The notes below the pieces were generated by a model. It did no database searches. It saw only the letters and a list, made by a program, of their open reading frames with translations, and was not told the origin of the DNA. DNA of 64,000 bases from Dimorphilus gyrociliatus (Eukaryota > Animalia > Annelida): positions 2,735,404 to 2,799,403 of the forward strand of contig CAJFCJ010000007.1 in the NCBI GenBank assembly GCA_904063045.1, given 5' to 3'. Both the position numbers and the translations under genes were made by a program. This document shows positions 63,088 to 64,000 of the stretch, one piece after another. Within the stretch, counting starts at the first letter, position 1; each line of letters starts with the position of its first letter.

Positions 63088-63660
63088 ATGGATTTGGATT
63101 TCGAGGAGCAACTACTCAATGCCATCCGCTACTGCGATCCGAAAAGGCTCGTTAAAGCTTTAACTACGCCGAATGCAGCCAACAATATTGTCGAACTGGA
63201 TCTTATCTATTTATTACTGCGAAATCAAGAAACTGACAAGTACAATGATGAATTACTTCAGTGTATTCGAATTCTTTTATCACTAGGTTGTCCTGTTACG
63301 GAGGATAGTCTAAGTGAACTAACATTGATTAAAGATAATTTCAATGTAATACGATTGCTACTGAATTTAACAATATATGAAAAGAAATTTGAACCAGCAT
63401 TCAACTATTTTTCATATATCTTTTCATCTAATTTTGATATGACGATTCTACTCTATTCAGTGGGTTATCGACCAAATTCTGAATTTCAGAAAAAACTGCC
63501 GCAATCTATACAAAATATGGCCAAAGAGCCGAATAATCTACAGAAATCCTGCAAGTTGGTTATAAGAAGGGTAATCGGTAAGAACTTAATGGCTTATACA
63601 CGGGTACTACCCATTCCACAATTATTAAAAGACTACTTGGTTGGTGGACAATTATTGTAA
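63088..63660 (+). CDS. SOCS-box protein with degenerate ankyrin-like helices, 190 aa, single exon
   Basis: AAAAATGG start context. C-terminal BC box NLQKSCKLVIRR and cullin box LPIPQLLKDYL, plus ankyrin-like CIRILLSLGCPV and TILLYSVGY. The ORF-track start at 62965 is a GTG. Confidence 0.8.
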   Translation: MDLDFEEQLLNAIRYCDPKRLVKALTTPNAANNIVELDLIYLLLRNQETDKYNDELLQCIRILLSLGCPVTEDSLSELTLIKDNFNVIRLLLNLTIYEKKFEPAFNYFSYIFSSNFDMTILLYSVGYRPNSEFQKKLPQSIQNMAKEPNNLQKSCKLVIRRVIGKNLMAYTRVLPIPQLLKDYLVGGQLL

Positions 63661-63808
63661 ATTTTTTGAAATGCGTTTGCAAAAAAAAAGAGAAAAAATA
63701 ATAAAAAATATAAATGAAAAAAAAAAACGTGAAAAGAAACAACACACTTTTTGGAATACATTATTTACAAAGAAATATGGAATTAATAAATTCTTTTCTA
63801 TACAAATA

Positions 63809-64000
63809 CTATTCGATTACTCCCCCATCGATTATAGTAATATCTTCGCTTTTGATGGGCTTGAACGCTTCGCTTTGGGTTTGAGATGAGTTGGCATGTC
63901 CTATTCCCATAGCTTGTCGAATTGCTTGAGAATTGACGACTTGGCCTGGTTGAAGTGCCCGACAAAGGTCCGTTAGATTGGACATGACATTCTTAGCTAA
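63809..64000 (-). CDS. BRD7: 3' end of a BRD7/BRD9-like bromodomain protein (partial, continues beyond window)
   Basis: Open frame from 64000 to TAG at 63809 reads LAKNVMSNLTDLCRALQPGQVVNSQAIRQAMGI. This resembles the BRD7 C-terminus as I recall it (LAEQVTNNLKELAQQVTPGDIVSTYGVRKAMGI). Not in the ORF track. Confidence 0.7.
   Translation of the reverse strand, partial: LAKNVMSNLTDLCRALQPGQVVNSQAIRQAMGIGHANSSQTQSEAFKPIKSEDITIIDGGVIE

Overview
AT-rich, gene-dense eukaryotic (bilaterian animal) genomic DNA; there are no prokaryotic features, CRISPR arrays, rRNA or tRNA that I can support. By hand-splicing at GT-AG sites I reconstruct 19 protein-coding genes (18 complete, 1 partial), and every multi-exon model sums to a multiple of 3. 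In order: an SLC10A3/5-like transporter, RGK GTPase 1, a hAT-derived ZBED-like gene, POLR2A, TAF6, MCM2, a ~22-finger zinc-finger gene, an orphan single-pass membrane protein, GLRX3, TTC16-like, HCCS, RGK GTPase 2, CFAP47, GPAA1, the STMP1 microprotein, COTL1, GALNT2, a SOCS-box orphan and the 3' end of BRD7/9. Most introns are 50-80 nt, which suggests a compacted invertebrate genome (a miniature-annelid-like genome is my guess, not verified). The most interesting observations are: (1) an intact but catalytically dead hAT transposase with a cluster of ATCG/DRE motifs in its putative 5' intron, whose poly(A) signal lies 77 nt before the start of RGK1; (2) a zinc-finger protein built from five repeats of an unusual three-finger module; (3) an almost purely consensus Pol II CTD; (4) two RGK paralogues with reciprocal lesions in GTP-binding motifs; (5) RFX X-boxes at both ciliary genes plus a perfect orphan X-box upstream of RGK2. 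All gene names come from recognising motifs and sequences from memory; no database search was run.
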